Positions 36,531 to 46,074 of a DNA stretch of 64,000 nucleotides are shown in pieces (position 1 is the first letter of the stretch; every line of letters starts with the position of its first letter). The stretch lies in assembly GCA_043827405.1 (NCBI GenBank), contig JBDRPD010000053.1:130893-194892 (forward strand), written 5' to 3'. The notes below the pieces were generated by a model, which saw only the letters and a program-made list of their open reading frames with translations, was not told the DNA's origin and made no database searches. The position numbers were made by a program, and so were the translations under genes. This DNA comes from Elusimicrobiota bacterium. GTDB lineage: Bacteria > Elusimicrobiota > Elusimicrobia > UBA1565.

Positions 36531-38648
36531 ATGGCCGTGTTTAAGCCTCCGCCGTCCCCTTGGCGCATTCGCGAGACCGGCTGGAAACCGGCACAGCTCG
36601 GCTCGCAAGAGGCCCGCCTGTCGCTGGGCAACGGCTTCATGGGCAACCGGGCCGCGCTCGAAGAGCTGCCGGAAGGCTCGACTCCGGGCACCTTTTTCGC
36701 CGGCATATTCAACTCCGCGGGCGCTTTGGTGCCGGAGCTCGTCAACGCCCCCGACCCCTTCCGCCTGCGGCTCGCGCAAGCGGGCGAGAAGCTCGGCGTC
36801 GATACCATGGACGTGCTGGAGCACGAGCGCATCCTGGACCTGCGCCGCGCCCTGCTGCTGCGGCGCACCGTCCTGCGCTCCTGTCATGGCGGCCGCTTCC
36901 TTTACCGCTCGCTGCGCTTTATCAGCCGCTCCGCTCCCGGCATCGCCGTCATGCGCGTCGAGGTGACGCCGCTGGACCGCGCGGCCGAGCTCGATATCGC
37001 GCATGCGATCGACGCCTCCGTATCCAATGAGGGCACGGCGGCCGAAGGCCGCAAGCGGCACTTCACCATCGAGGAAGCCGGCGGCAAGGACGGACGCGAA
37101 AGCCTCTGCGTGCGGACTTTGGACCGCAAATACCGCATCGCCTATGCCGCCTCCATGCGCTGCGCGCCGCGGGTGAAGCTCGGGCGCGGCCGCACCCTGC
37201 GCCTGACCAAGTACTTCGCCTTCGCGACCGGCCGCGCGGAGCCGGCGGCGGCGCTGCGGCGGCGGGCGCTGGCCGCCCTGCGGCGCGCCGAGAGCCAGGG
37301 CTTCGACCGCCTGCTCAAGGAACATGCCCGGGCCTGGGACGGGCTGTGGCGCGACTCCGATATCGAGATCGGCGGCCCGCTGGATGTCCAGCAGGGCGTG
37401 CGCTTCAATATCTACCACCTGCTCATCTGCGCGGCGGACGCGGGCGAGCCGGCCGGGATCGGCGCCAAGGCCTTGGCCGGCGAGGGCTACAAGGGCCATG
37501 CCTTCTGGGACACCGAAATATTCACCCTGCCCTTTTATATCTATACCCAGCCCGCCATGGCGCGCCGGCTGCTGCTTTACCGCTGCCGGCGCCTCGACGC
37601 CGCCAGGAAGATCGCCGCCACCAACGGCTACCGGGGCGCGATGTTCCCCTGGGAATCCGCCGATACGGGCGAGGAAGTCACCCCCCCCTGGCACAAGACC
37701 GAAGACGGCCGGGTCATCCCCATCGAGACGGGCAGCCAGGAGCACCATATCACCGCCGACATCGCTTACGGCCTGTGCAGCTACTGCCGGGCCGCCGGGG
37801 ACGAGAAGCTCATGCGCGAGCATGGCCTTAAGCTGCTGATCGAAACCGCGCGCTTCTGGGCCAGCCGCGTCGAGGGCGGCGCCGGGGGCCGGCCCTACGA
37901 GATCACCGGCGTCATCGGCCCGGACGAGTTTCACGAGCAGGTGAGCAACAACGCCTACACCAACTGGCTGGCGCGCTGGAACCTGAGCGTCGCGGCGCGG
38001 CTGGCGGACGCCCCGCGCGGGGAAGCGGCCGCCTGGAAGCGCATCGCCGGCCGCCTCGCCAATACCTCGACGCATAACGGCGGCATCATCCCGCAATTCG
38101 ACGGCTTCGCCCGCAAGCGGCGCGTCCCGCCGCTCAAGCGCAGCGCCAACGGGATGCCGGTAATCGCCGGAAATCCCGGCATCCGCGATCTCGGCGGCTC
38201 CCAGTATATCAAGCAGGCCGACGTGCTCCTGCTGATGTATCTCTTTCCCGACGCCTTCGACCGCGCGCAGCTGCGCGCCAACTACGAATACTACGAAAGC
38301 CGGACTTTGCACCAAAGCTCGCTGAGCCCCTCGATCCACGCGATCATGGCCCTGCGCGCCGGCAAGCCGAAGCAGGCCTACCAGTACTTCCTCGCCTCGC
38401 TCTTCACCGACCTGCACGACGTGCACGGCAACTCGGCGCACGGCATGCATACCGCCTGCACCGGCGGCACCTGGCAGGCGCTGGTGCACGGCTTCGCGGG
38501 AGTCCAGGTCCGCGACGGCGCCATGGTCGTCGAGCCCCGCCTGCCGCGCGGCTGGAAGTCCATGCGCTTCACTTTGCGCCGGCGCGGCCGGCGCCTGCGC
38601 GTCGAGATCGACCGCCGGCGCGCCCGCATTATCGAACAAAAAGACTAG
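36531..38648 (+). CDS. glycoside hydrolase family 65 (kojibiose/maltose/trehalose phosphorylase-like)
   Basis: SLGNGFMG.R, IGAKAL.GEGYKGHAFWDTE, GAMFPWESA, HITADIA, VIGPDEFH, IKQADV and HQSSLS motifs. Confidence 0.95.
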   Translation: MAVFKPPPSPWRIRETGWKPAQLGSQEARLSLGNGFMGNRAALEELPEGSTPGTFFAGIFNSAGALVPELVNAPDPFRLRLAQAGEKLGVDTMDVLEHERILDLRRALLLRRTVLRSCHGGRFLYRSLRFISRSAPGIAVMRVEVTPLDRAAELDIAHAIDASVSNEGTAAEGRKRHFTIEEAGGKDGRESLCVRTLDRKYRIAYAASMRCAPRVKLGRGRTLRLTKYFAFATGRAEPAAALRRRALAALRRAESQGFDRLLKEHARAWDGLWRDSDIEIGGPLDVQQGVRFNIYHLLICAADAGEPAGIGAKALAGEGYKGHAFWDTEIFTLPFYIYTQPAMARRLLLYRCRRLDAARKIAATNGYRGAMFPWESADTGEEVTPPWHKTEDGRVIPIETGSQEHHITADIAYGLCSYCRAAGDEKLMREHGLKLLIETARFWASRVEGGAGGRPYEITGVIGPDEFHEQVSNNAYTNWLARWNLSVAARLADAPRGEAAAWKRIAGRLANTSTHNGGIIPQFDGFARKRRVPPLKRSANGMPVIAGNPGIRDLGGSQYIKQADVLLLMYLFPDAFDRAQLRANYEYYESRTLHQSSLSPSIHAIMALRAGKPKQAYQYFLASLFTDLHDVHGNSAHGMHTACTGGTWQALVHGFAGVQVRDGAMVVEPRLPRGWKSMRFTLRRRGRRLRVEIDRRRARIIEQKD

Positions 38649-38649
38649 C

Positions 38650-39864
38650 ATGCGCCGCCTCGGGCTTCTCGCCGCGCTTCTCTTCGCCGCCTGCGGCCGC
38701 GGCGCGCAGGACGGCACCGTGCTGCGCCTCTCCGGCTGGTCCTCCTCGCCGGAAGAGGCCAAGCTCATCGAGACCCAGATCGCCGAGTTCGAATCCCTGC
38801 ACCCCGGCCTGCGGGTCAAGTTCGAGCCGATCGTCGGCGACTATATGCAGAAGCTGCAGGTCCTCTTCGCCTCCCGCACCGAGCCCGACGTCTTCTACCT
38901 GGACTCCAAGGACATCGACCGCATGGCCTACTACGGGGTGCTGGAACCGCTCGACGCGCATCTCGCGGCCGCGGGCGACGACGGCGAAGATTTCTACGCC
39001 AACCTGCTCGCCTGCTTTCGCGGGCCGGACGGCAGGCTCTACGGCCTGCCCAAGGGCTTTTCCACCCTGGCGCTCTACTACAACAAGGACCTGCTCGCGC
39101 AAGCCGGCGTCCAGGAGCCCCCCCGGGACTGGGCCGCGCTGCTGCGCGCCGCCGCCGCTTTGCGCGCGCGCGGCCGCACCCCGCTCAGCCTGACCGCCGA
39201 CATGAAGACCATCCATCTCTTCACCGGCCTCTCCGGCGGCGCGGTGCTCAAAGACCTCAAGACCCTCGCCTTCCTCGAGCCGCCGGCGCGCGCCGGGATC
39301 GCGACTTTGCTGTCGCTGTTCACGGGCGCGCGCCCGCTCGCCCGCCTGCCGCAGGACTTCGGCAAGTCCTGGACCGGCGACGCTTTCGCCGTCGGCGACG
39401 CCGCCATGATCATCGAGGGGATGTGGGTCGCGCCCTACCTGCGGCTGCGCGCGCCCGAACTGCGCTACGGCTTCGCTCCCGTGCCGCCCATAACGCGGCG
39501 CTACAACCTGTTTTTCACCGTCGCCTATGTGGCCAGCGCCCGCTCCAGGCACAAGCCGGAAGCGGTGGCTTTGCTGCGCTACCTGACCGGCCGCCGGGGC
39601 CTGGCGCATGTCGCCGAGCTCGGGCTCGAGATCCCCTCGCGCCGGTCGGTCGCGGAAACGGACTTCCTCAAGCGCTTCCCCGAGCGCGCCCCTTTTATCG
39701 ACGCGGTCGCCTATTCCGTCCCCTTCAAGTACGGGATCGACAGCAACCGCCTGGTCGAGCATTTGGGGAAGGCCGTTGACGCGGCCCGTCTCGGGCAGAT
39801 GAGCGACGACGAAGCCCTGGCGCGGGCCGCGCGCCAGCTCAAGCGTTTCTACCGGACGCCATGA
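38650..39864 (+). CDS. sugar ABC transporter substrate-binding lipoprotein
   Basis: Lipobox LFAAC; PDVFY, DGRLYGLPK.FSTLALYYNKDL, PP.DW. Confidence 0.9.
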   Translation: MRRLGLLAALLFAACGRGAQDGTVLRLSGWSSSPEEAKLIETQIAEFESLHPGLRVKFEPIVGDYMQKLQVLFASRTEPDVFYLDSKDIDRMAYYGVLEPLDAHLAAAGDDGEDFYANLLACFRGPDGRLYGLPKGFSTLALYYNKDLLAQAGVQEPPRDWAALLRAAAALRARGRTPLSLTADMKTIHLFTGLSGGAVLKDLKTLAFLEPPARAGIATLLSLFTGARPLARLPQDFGKSWTGDAFAVGDAAMIIEGMWVAPYLRLRAPELRYGFAPVPPITRRYNLFFTVAYVASARSRHKPEAVALLRYLTGRRGLAHVAELGLEIPSRRSVAETDFLKRFPERAPFIDAVAYSVPFKYGIDSNRLVEHLGKAVDAARLGQMSDDEALARAARQLKRFYRTP

Positions 39865-40748
39865 TCAAGGACCGGGCCCGCACCGAACTCCTGGCCGCCT
39901 ATATCCTGCTGCTGCCCCTGATCATTTCCCTGGCGGTATTCCTGCTCGGGCCGCTGCTCTACGCCTTCTACATCAGCTTCCACGAGTTCTCCTTCATGGT
40001 CCCGGCGGACTCGAAGTTCGTCTTCTTCGACAACTACCACAACCTGTTCAAAGACGAGACCTTCCTCAAGGCGATGAAGAATACGGCGCTCTACTCGCTG
40101 GGCGTGGTGCCGGCCCAGATGCTGATCGCCTGCCTGCTCGCGGTCTGCGTCAACTCGAATATCGGCGGCAAGACCTTCTACCGCGTGGCCTTCTTCCTGC
40201 CGACGGTGACCTCCTCGGTCGCGGTCTCCTTCATGTTCATGTGGATCTACGCGAAAACGGGCATCCTCAATTACCTGCTTTCCTTCATCGGCCTGCCCGC
40301 CGTCGACTGGCTCAACACCGTCAGCTTCGCCCTGCCCGCCCTCATGGTCCTCGCGGTATGGACCACGGTCGGCAACTTCATGGTGATCTACCTGGCCGGC
40401 CTGCAGGAGATTCCCCGCTCGGTCTACGAGGCCGCCGATCTCGACGGCCTCAACCCCTGGCAGAAGCTGCGCCACATCACCTGGCCGCTGCTCAAGAACA
40501 CCACCTACTTCGTGCTCATCATGTCGACCATCGGCACCTTCCAGGTATTCGACACCTTCTACATCATCACCAAGGGCGAAGGCGGACCGCTGGATTCGAC
40601 GATGACGGTGGTGCTCTACCTGTTCAAGAGCGCCTTCAAAAACTTCGACATGGGCTATGCCTCGGCCATGGCCTTCCTGCTGTTTCTCGTCATCTTCACG
40701 CTCTCGGTCCTGCAGAAGGTCCTGTTCGGACGGGAGGAGGCCTCGTGA
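39861..40748 (+). CDS. sugar ABC transporter permease
   Basis: YLAGLQEIPRSVYEAADLDG EAA motif; MGYASAMA. Confidence 0.93.
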   Translation: MIKDRARTELLAAYILLLPLIISLAVFLLGPLLYAFYISFHEFSFMVPADSKFVFFDNYHNLFKDETFLKAMKNTALYSLGVVPAQMLIACLLAVCVNSNIGGKTFYRVAFFLPTVTSSVAVSFMFMWIYAKTGILNYLLSFIGLPAVDWLNTVSFALPALMVLAVWTTVGNFMVIYLAGLQEIPRSVYEAADLDGLNPWQKLRHITWPLLKNTTYFVLIMSTIGTFQVFDTFYIITKGEGGPLDSTMTVVLYLFKSAFKNFDMGYASAMAFLLFLVIFTLSVLQKVLFGREEAS

Positions 40749-41563
40749 AAGGCGGCCGCGGCGTCCGGCTCCTGCACCTGATCCTGCTCGGCTACGCGGC
40801 GCTGACTCTCGGCCCGTTCCTATGGTCGATGTCCGCCTCTTTCAAAACCGCCGACGCCGTCAGCGCCTGGCCGCCGACCTTGATCCCGCGCCCCTTCACT
40901 TTCGAGAACTACCGCTACATCCTCGAGAAGCTGCCCTTTCTCCGCTGGCTGGCCAACAGCCTCATCATCGCCGGCGCGGTGACCGCCGCCAATGTCCTGC
41001 TCAACGCCATGGCCGGCTATGCTCTGGCGCGCCTGCGCTTCCCGGGGCGCAAGGCTCTGTTCTGGATCATCATCGCCACCATGATGATCCCCGGCCAGGT
41101 GGTGATCATTCCGGTCTTCATCCTGATGTCCAAGCTCGGCTGGGTCGACACCTACTACGCGCTCACCGTCCCGTTTCTGACCAGCGCCTTCGGGGTGTTC
41201 ATGATGCGCCAGTTCTTCCTCAGCGTCCCCAAATCGCTGGAAGAGGCGGCGACCCTCGACGGCATGGGGCCCTTCCAGACTTTTTTCCGCGTCATCCTCC
41301 CGCTGGCCAAGCCGGCGATGGCGGCGCAGGCCATCTTCATGTTCCTCGGCAGCTGGAACAGCTTCATGTGGCCGGCGATGCTGCTGTCGACGCCGGCCAT
41401 GTACACCTTGCCGGTGGGGCTCAACTCTTTTCAGGGGCAGTACTACACCTTTTGGAATATCGTGATGGCGGGGACGATGTTCATCACCCTGCCGGTGATC
41501 GTGGTGTTCATCATTTTCCAGCGATACTTCATCCAGGGCATCTCGACGACGGGAATCAAGTAG
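40745..41563 (+). CDS. sugar ABC transporter permease
   Basis: RQFFLSVPKSLEEAATLDG EAA motif; GTG start overlapping the upstream TGA. Confidence 0.92.
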   Translation: MKGGRGVRLLHLILLGYAALTLGPFLWSMSASFKTADAVSAWPPTLIPRPFTFENYRYILEKLPFLRWLANSLIIAGAVTAANVLLNAMAGYALARLRFPGRKALFWIIIATMMIPGQVVIIPVFILMSKLGWVDTYYALTVPFLTSAFGVFMMRQFFLSVPKSLEEAATLDGMGPFQTFFRVILPLAKPAMAAQAIFMFLGSWNSFMWPAMLLSTPAMYTLPVGLNSFQGQYYTFWNIVMAGTMFITLPVIVVFIIFQRYFIQGISTTGIK

Positions 41564-41573
41564 CGGAGGCCTT

Positions 41574-42671
41574 ATGGCGGGCGTACGGTTTGCGACGGTA
41601 ACGAAAAAATACGACACGACGGTGGTCGACCGCATGGACCTCGAGGCGGCGGAAGGCGAGTTCGTGGTGCTCGTCGGCCCCTCGGGCTGCGGCAAGTCGA
41701 CGAGCCTGCGCATGCTGGCGGGCCTCGAGTCGGTGACCGCGGGCCGCATCCATATCGGGGACCGCGACGTCACCGCCATGCACCCCAAGGACCGCAACGT
41801 GGCCATGGTCTTTCAGGACTACGCCCTCTATCCCCATATGACGGTGCGCGAGAACATGTCGCTCGGGCTCAAGGTGCGCAAGCTCGAGCCCGCCGAAATC
41901 GAGCGGCGCGTCGCCGATGCGGTCCGCATCCTGCAGCTCGAGCCGTTTCTGGACAAGAAGCCGGGCCAGCTCTCGGGCGGCCAGCGCCAGCGTGTGGCCA
42001 TGGGCCGCGCCATCGTCAAAAGCCCGGACGTGTTCCTGTTCGATGAGCCGCTCTCCAACCTGGACGCCAAGCTGCGCTCCCAGCTGCGCGTCGAGATCTC
42101 CAAGCTCCACCGCCTGATGAAGAAAACCATATTCTACGTCACCCATGACCAGGTGGAGGCGATGACGCTGGGCGACAAGATCGCGGTCATGCACGGCGGG
42201 AAGATCCAGCAGATCGGCCCGCCCATGGAGCTCTACCGCCGGCCGGCCAACAAGTTCGTGGCGGGGTTCATCGGCTCGCCGCAGATGAACTTCTTCAACG
42301 CCGAGCTCCGGGAAGAGGGCGGCGAGCTCATGCTGCACAGCGCGCTGTTTTCCGCCGCGGTGCCGGGACCGGCGCGGGAGCGGCTCAAAGACGCGCCGCG
42401 CAAGGTCATCGCCGGCTGCCGCCCGCAGGACGTGCGCTATACGCCCAATCCCTCGCCCAACGAAGAGGCCGCGGCCGAGCAGGTGGAAGCCTATATCGTC
42501 GAACAGCGCGGCTCCGAGGCTTTCCTGCACTGTGTCCGGGGCGGCGAGAAGTTCATCGCCGTCTCGGCGCCCGACGATGCGCCCGCGCCCGGCAGCGTCA
42601 TCACCGCGCGCTTCAATTCAGCGCGGTTCCACTACTTCGATCCCGCGTCCGGAGCGAGTCTGCTCGCGTAA
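41574..42671 (+). CDS. sugar ABC transporter ATP-binding protein (MalK/UgpC family)
   Basis: GPSGCGKST, LSGGQRQR, FLFDEPLSNLDAKLR and YVTHDQVEAMT motifs. Confidence 0.95.
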   Translation: MAGVRFATVTKKYDTTVVDRMDLEAAEGEFVVLVGPSGCGKSTSLRMLAGLESVTAGRIHIGDRDVTAMHPKDRNVAMVFQDYALYPHMTVRENMSLGLKVRKLEPAEIERRVADAVRILQLEPFLDKKPGQLSGGQRQRVAMGRAIVKSPDVFLFDEPLSNLDAKLRSQLRVEISKLHRLMKKTIFYVTHDQVEAMTLGDKIAVMHGGKIQQIGPPMELYRRPANKFVAGFIGSPQMNFFNAELREEGGELMLHSALFSAAVPGPARERLKDAPRKVIAGCRPQDVRYTPNPSPNEEAAAEQVEAYIVEQRGSEAFLHCVRGGEKFIAVSAPDDAPAPGSVITARFNSARFHYFDPASGASLLA

Positions 42672-43233
42672 TCAGCTCGCGCAGGTTGACGCGGGCGCGG
42701 AACATCAGCACGCGGAAATAGCCCTCACTGATGTTGAGGGTCCGGCAGATGCTCTCCACCGGCTCGCGCTCCACTTCCTTAAGGTGAAACACGGCGCTCT
42801 GCAGCGGCGGCAGGGCGGCCAGCGCCTCCTCGATGCGCGCTCCCAGCTCCTTGGACGCCAGGACGTCCTCGGGACCGTCCGGCGGCCGCTTCCACATGCC
42901 GCCGTCGGAAAACTGGTTCTCGAAAGCCGCATCCGTGGTGTCGGCGGCGATCTCCCGCGACTTCTTGCGCCCATGCTCCAGCGCCTTCTTGTAGAGAATG
43001 CCGAACAGGAAGGTGCGGACCGTCGAGTTGCCCTTGAAGCGCTTGCGCGCCTCGAGGAAGGTGGTAAAAGTCTGCTGGACCAGCTCCTCGGCGTCGACCA
43101 TATTGCGCGCCAGGCCGAGCGCGCAGCGCAGCAGCACCGCGGTATGCTCGCGCACCAGCCCCGCCACGTCGCCGGCGGCGATGCGGTAATTTACGGCTCC
43201 AGACCATGTCGGCAAGGCGGTTCCCCGGCGCAT
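42613..43233 (-). CDS. ECF RNA polymerase sigma-70 factor
   Basis: Region 2 DAEELVQQTF...FKGNSTVRTFLFGIL; region 4 LPPLQSAVFHLKEVE...IC..LNISE...RVLMFRARVNLRE. The 3' end overlaps the convergent ATPase gene by 59 bp. Confidence 0.9.
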   Translation of the reverse strand: MRRGTALPTWSGAVNYRIAAGDVAGLVREHTAVLLRCALGLARNMVDAEELVQQTFTTFLEARKRFKGNSTVRTFLFGILYKKALEHGRKKSREIAADTTDAAFENQFSDGGMWKRPPDGPEDVLASKELGARIEEALAALPPLQSAVFHLKEVEREPVESICRTLNISEGYFRVLMFRARVNLRELITRADSLRTRDRSSGTALN

Positions 43234-43367
43234 ATATTCCTCTTCCCCAAGAGAATAGCGCCCCGGCCTCACCATGAGCTTAACGCGGCCTCAAATCGAA
43301 CATAACTGCCATATAGTCCTTGTCCGCGGCATGGGCAATTGGCTAAAACAGTCCTATTCCAAGGGTT

Positions 43368-46070
43368 ATGCTCATGAAAATCAATTCACTCCGCCGTCTG
43401 CTGCTTCCCGTCGCCTGCATCCTGCTCGCCGCCTGCGCCGGACCGCGCTATTCCGGCCAGTTCCGGCAAGCCCGCGACCTCTACCGTTCGGGCGATGCCG
43501 AGCGGGCGGAGAAAGCATTCGCTTTGGCCGTCGCCATGGCGGAGCGCAAGGAGGATACGGAAACCCTGGCCCAGACCTTCAGCGAGCTGGGCTGGATGCA
43601 AGCCGAGCTCGGACGCTATCCCGAAGCGGTCCGTCTCATGCGCCGGGCCATCGAGGTCAGCCGCGGGCCCAATTACAACGCCTCTATCCACTACGCGCGT
43701 CTGGGCGCCCTGCAGGCGCGCATGGGCTTCTATGACGCCGGCCTCATCTCGGCGCGCCTGGCGCTCGACGTCGTCGTCAAGCGCCGGCGGGAGCTGAGCC
43801 GGAAGCTGGAGGGAGCCGGCCGCCTGGAAGTGCTCGATCAGGCCATGAAGCATCCCGGCCTGCCGCCGGATGTCCCGATGATCAAGGGCGTCACCGCGGC
43901 CGAGGGCGCCGAAGCCACCATCCATTACCTGCGCGGCGACTACGCCAAGGCCGTGGAGATCGGTGAGCGGGCGATGCGGCACTTCGCCGACATTTCCGGC
44001 CTTATCAAGATGGCGAACTCGGAAGAGAAGCGCAGCTATAACGAGGGCTACGGCCTCACCATGCTGGCGGTGGGAGATTCGCTGCTGCGGCTGGGAAAAA
44101 TCGAAGACGGCCGCGACCTGCTCTATGCGGCGCGCGGGCGTTTTGCCAAGGCCAAGTACCTCTTCGGCGACCTGATCGCGGAGGGCCTGATCGCCTATTC
44201 CCATATCCTGCAGGGCGACTACGCGGAAGGCTCGCGGCTGGCGCAGCCGGCATTCGACCGCATCACCCAATCCCGGATCGACGAGATCATCTGGCGCATG
44301 CGCTTCGAGTTCGCGCAGGCGCTCACGCTCGAAGCGGATCGCGTCGCCGGCCGCTTCGACGAGCTGGAACGCGCGACCGACAATTACAGGATCCGCGAGC
44401 TGCGCGGCTCGCTCAAGGAGCAAAAGACGCTCAAAGGCCTCCCGCTCATCGGCCTGCTCGCCAAAGACCAGGCCGTCCGCATGAACCAGGTCATGGAGGA
44501 GCTGGACACGCTCTCCGAAGACCGGGCCGCCGCGGCGGCCAAGGGGCGCGAGCTGGTCCAGATTCTCAAGACCGTGGCCTACGAGAGCGCTTTGGTCTCC
44601 ATCAAGAGCGTCGAATCCCTGCGCGGCCAGCTGGAAACCGACCTCAACAAGCGGATGTTCCTCGGCGACAAGCGGCGGATCTATGAGCTGGCCATCCTCC
44701 TGGCTTTCGAGCTGAAGACGCCCGCCGAGGCCCTCGAGCTGTGCGAGCGCGCCCGCTCCCGCGGGCTGGTGGACCTCTTCGCCGGCCAGGCGCTGGCCGG
44801 CGAATCCGCCGACCTGGCGGAGGAAGCGGAAGTCCGCCATGCGCTGCAGTCCGACTATCTCCGCGCGACCCGCATCCGCGACGGCCTCATCCGGCGCGGG
44901 ATTCAGCTGGACACGTCCGAGGCCAGAAAGACCTTGGCGCCCGTCAACGGCAATATCGAAGACAAAGAGACCCGCTACCGCGACATCCTCGCCAAGCTGC
45001 GGCGCAAGATTCCCGAGACCCTGTCTTTGATCAGCCCGCAGCATCTGGCCTGGGACGAGCTCGCCGCCGCCGTACCCGCCGGCACGGACCTCCTTTACTA
45101 CTACGCCGCCAAGGACCGGCTCATCGTCTGGACTTTGGGCCAGGACGGCCTCAAAGCGGAGACCGCGGATATCAAACGCGCGGACCTCTCCGCCCTGGTA
45201 CAGGACTACCGCGAAGCCGTACTGGGCCGGCGGCGCGACGACGAAATGCGCCTGGCCAAGAAGCTCTACGACATCCTTATTCGTCCCTATGCCCACGCGG
45301 GCAGCGGCGACCTGCTCGTCATCCCGCACGACAGCCTGCACTATCTGCCCTTCGCCGCGCTGTCGGACGGCAGCCGGCGCCTGGTCGACGCGCGGTCCTT
45401 GAGCTACGGCGGCAGCCTGACCACTTTGCTGCATCTGCGCGGCCGCAAGAACTCGGAGTCCGCCAAGGCGGTGCTGGTCGGCAATCCCAAGATCGGCGAG
45501 GGAACGCATGATCTGCCCCATGCCCAAATCGAAACCACGGAGATCGCCAAGCTCTATCCCGAACATGTTTTGCTGCAGCGCGATAAGGCGGGCCGCCGGG
45601 AAGTTCTGGCGCATGCGGACGCCGGCATCTTCCACTTCGCCACCCACGGCGAATACGATCCGTCCGAGCCTTTGCTCTCCGGCCTGCTGCTGGCCGGGCC
45701 GACGCCGGCCCAGGGCATGTGGACCGCCGCCGACATCCTGCGCGCGCCGCTGCCCGCGCGCCTGACCGTGCTCAGCGCCTGCAAGACCGCGCTCGGCTAC
45801 CTGGCGGCCGGCGACGAGATCATCGGCCTCAACCGCTCGCTCTTTCACGCCGGCGTGGGCGCCGTGGTCTCCAGCCTGTGGAGCGTGGAGGATAAAAGCA
45901 CCTCCCTGCTGATGACCGCGCTGCACGAGCATCTGCGCGGCGGCGCGCCCGCGCACCGCGCCTTGAGCCTGGCCCAGCGCACCCTGCGCAAGCGCGAGGA
46001 GTACAGCGACCCCTTCTTCTGGGCCGCCTTCGGCGCCTACGGCGGCACGGCGCCGCCGAACACGGAGTAG
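43368..46070 (+). CDS. TPR + CHAT (caspase-like) domain lipoprotein
   Basis: Lipobox LLAAC; TPRs; ERARSR.L.D; IPHDSLHYLPFAAL; HFATHG (catalytic His); LSACKT (catalytic Cys); SLWSVED; PFFWAAF. Confidence 0.93.
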   Translation: MLMKINSLRRLLLPVACILLAACAGPRYSGQFRQARDLYRSGDAERAEKAFALAVAMAERKEDTETLAQTFSELGWMQAELGRYPEAVRLMRRAIEVSRGPNYNASIHYARLGALQARMGFYDAGLISARLALDVVVKRRRELSRKLEGAGRLEVLDQAMKHPGLPPDVPMIKGVTAAEGAEATIHYLRGDYAKAVEIGERAMRHFADISGLIKMANSEEKRSYNEGYGLTMLAVGDSLLRLGKIEDGRDLLYAARGRFAKAKYLFGDLIAEGLIAYSHILQGDYAEGSRLAQPAFDRITQSRIDEIIWRMRFEFAQALTLEADRVAGRFDELERATDNYRIRELRGSLKEQKTLKGLPLIGLLAKDQAVRMNQVMEELDTLSEDRAAAAAKGRELVQILKTVAYESALVSIKSVESLRGQLETDLNKRMFLGDKRRIYELAILLAFELKTPAEALELCERARSRGLVDLFAGQALAGESADLAEEAEVRHALQSDYLRATRIRDGLIRRGIQLDTSEARKTLAPVNGNIEDKETRYRDILAKLRRKIPETLSLISPQHLAWDELAAAVPAGTDLLYYYAAKDRLIVWTLGQDGLKAETADIKRADLSALVQDYREAVLGRRRDDEMRLAKKLYDILIRPYAHAGSGDLLVIPHDSLHYLPFAALSDGSRRLVDARSLSYGGSLTTLLHLRGRKNSESAKAVLVGNPKIGEGTHDLPHAQIETTEIAKLYPEHVLLQRDKAGRREVLAHADAGIFHFATHGEYDPSEPLLSGLLLAGPTPAQGMWTAADILRAPLPARLTVLSACKTALGYLAAGDEIIGLNRSLFHAGVGAVVSSLWSVEDKSTSLLMTALHEHLRGGAPAHRALSLAQRTLRKREEYSDPFFWAAFGAYGGTAPPNTE

Positions 46071-46074
46071 CTCC

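Noticed and set aside
43310..43367. Further GGGNC-N4-GNCCC sites upstream of the CHAT gene (and near 5341)
   Set aside because: The matches miss the conserved inner C or G and show no 23-bp phasing.
42613..46070. Type III-E CRISPR (Craspase)-like locus suggested by CHAT plus sigma factor
   Set aside because: No Cas7-11, Csx30/31 or array, and the CHAT protein has a lipoprotein signal.
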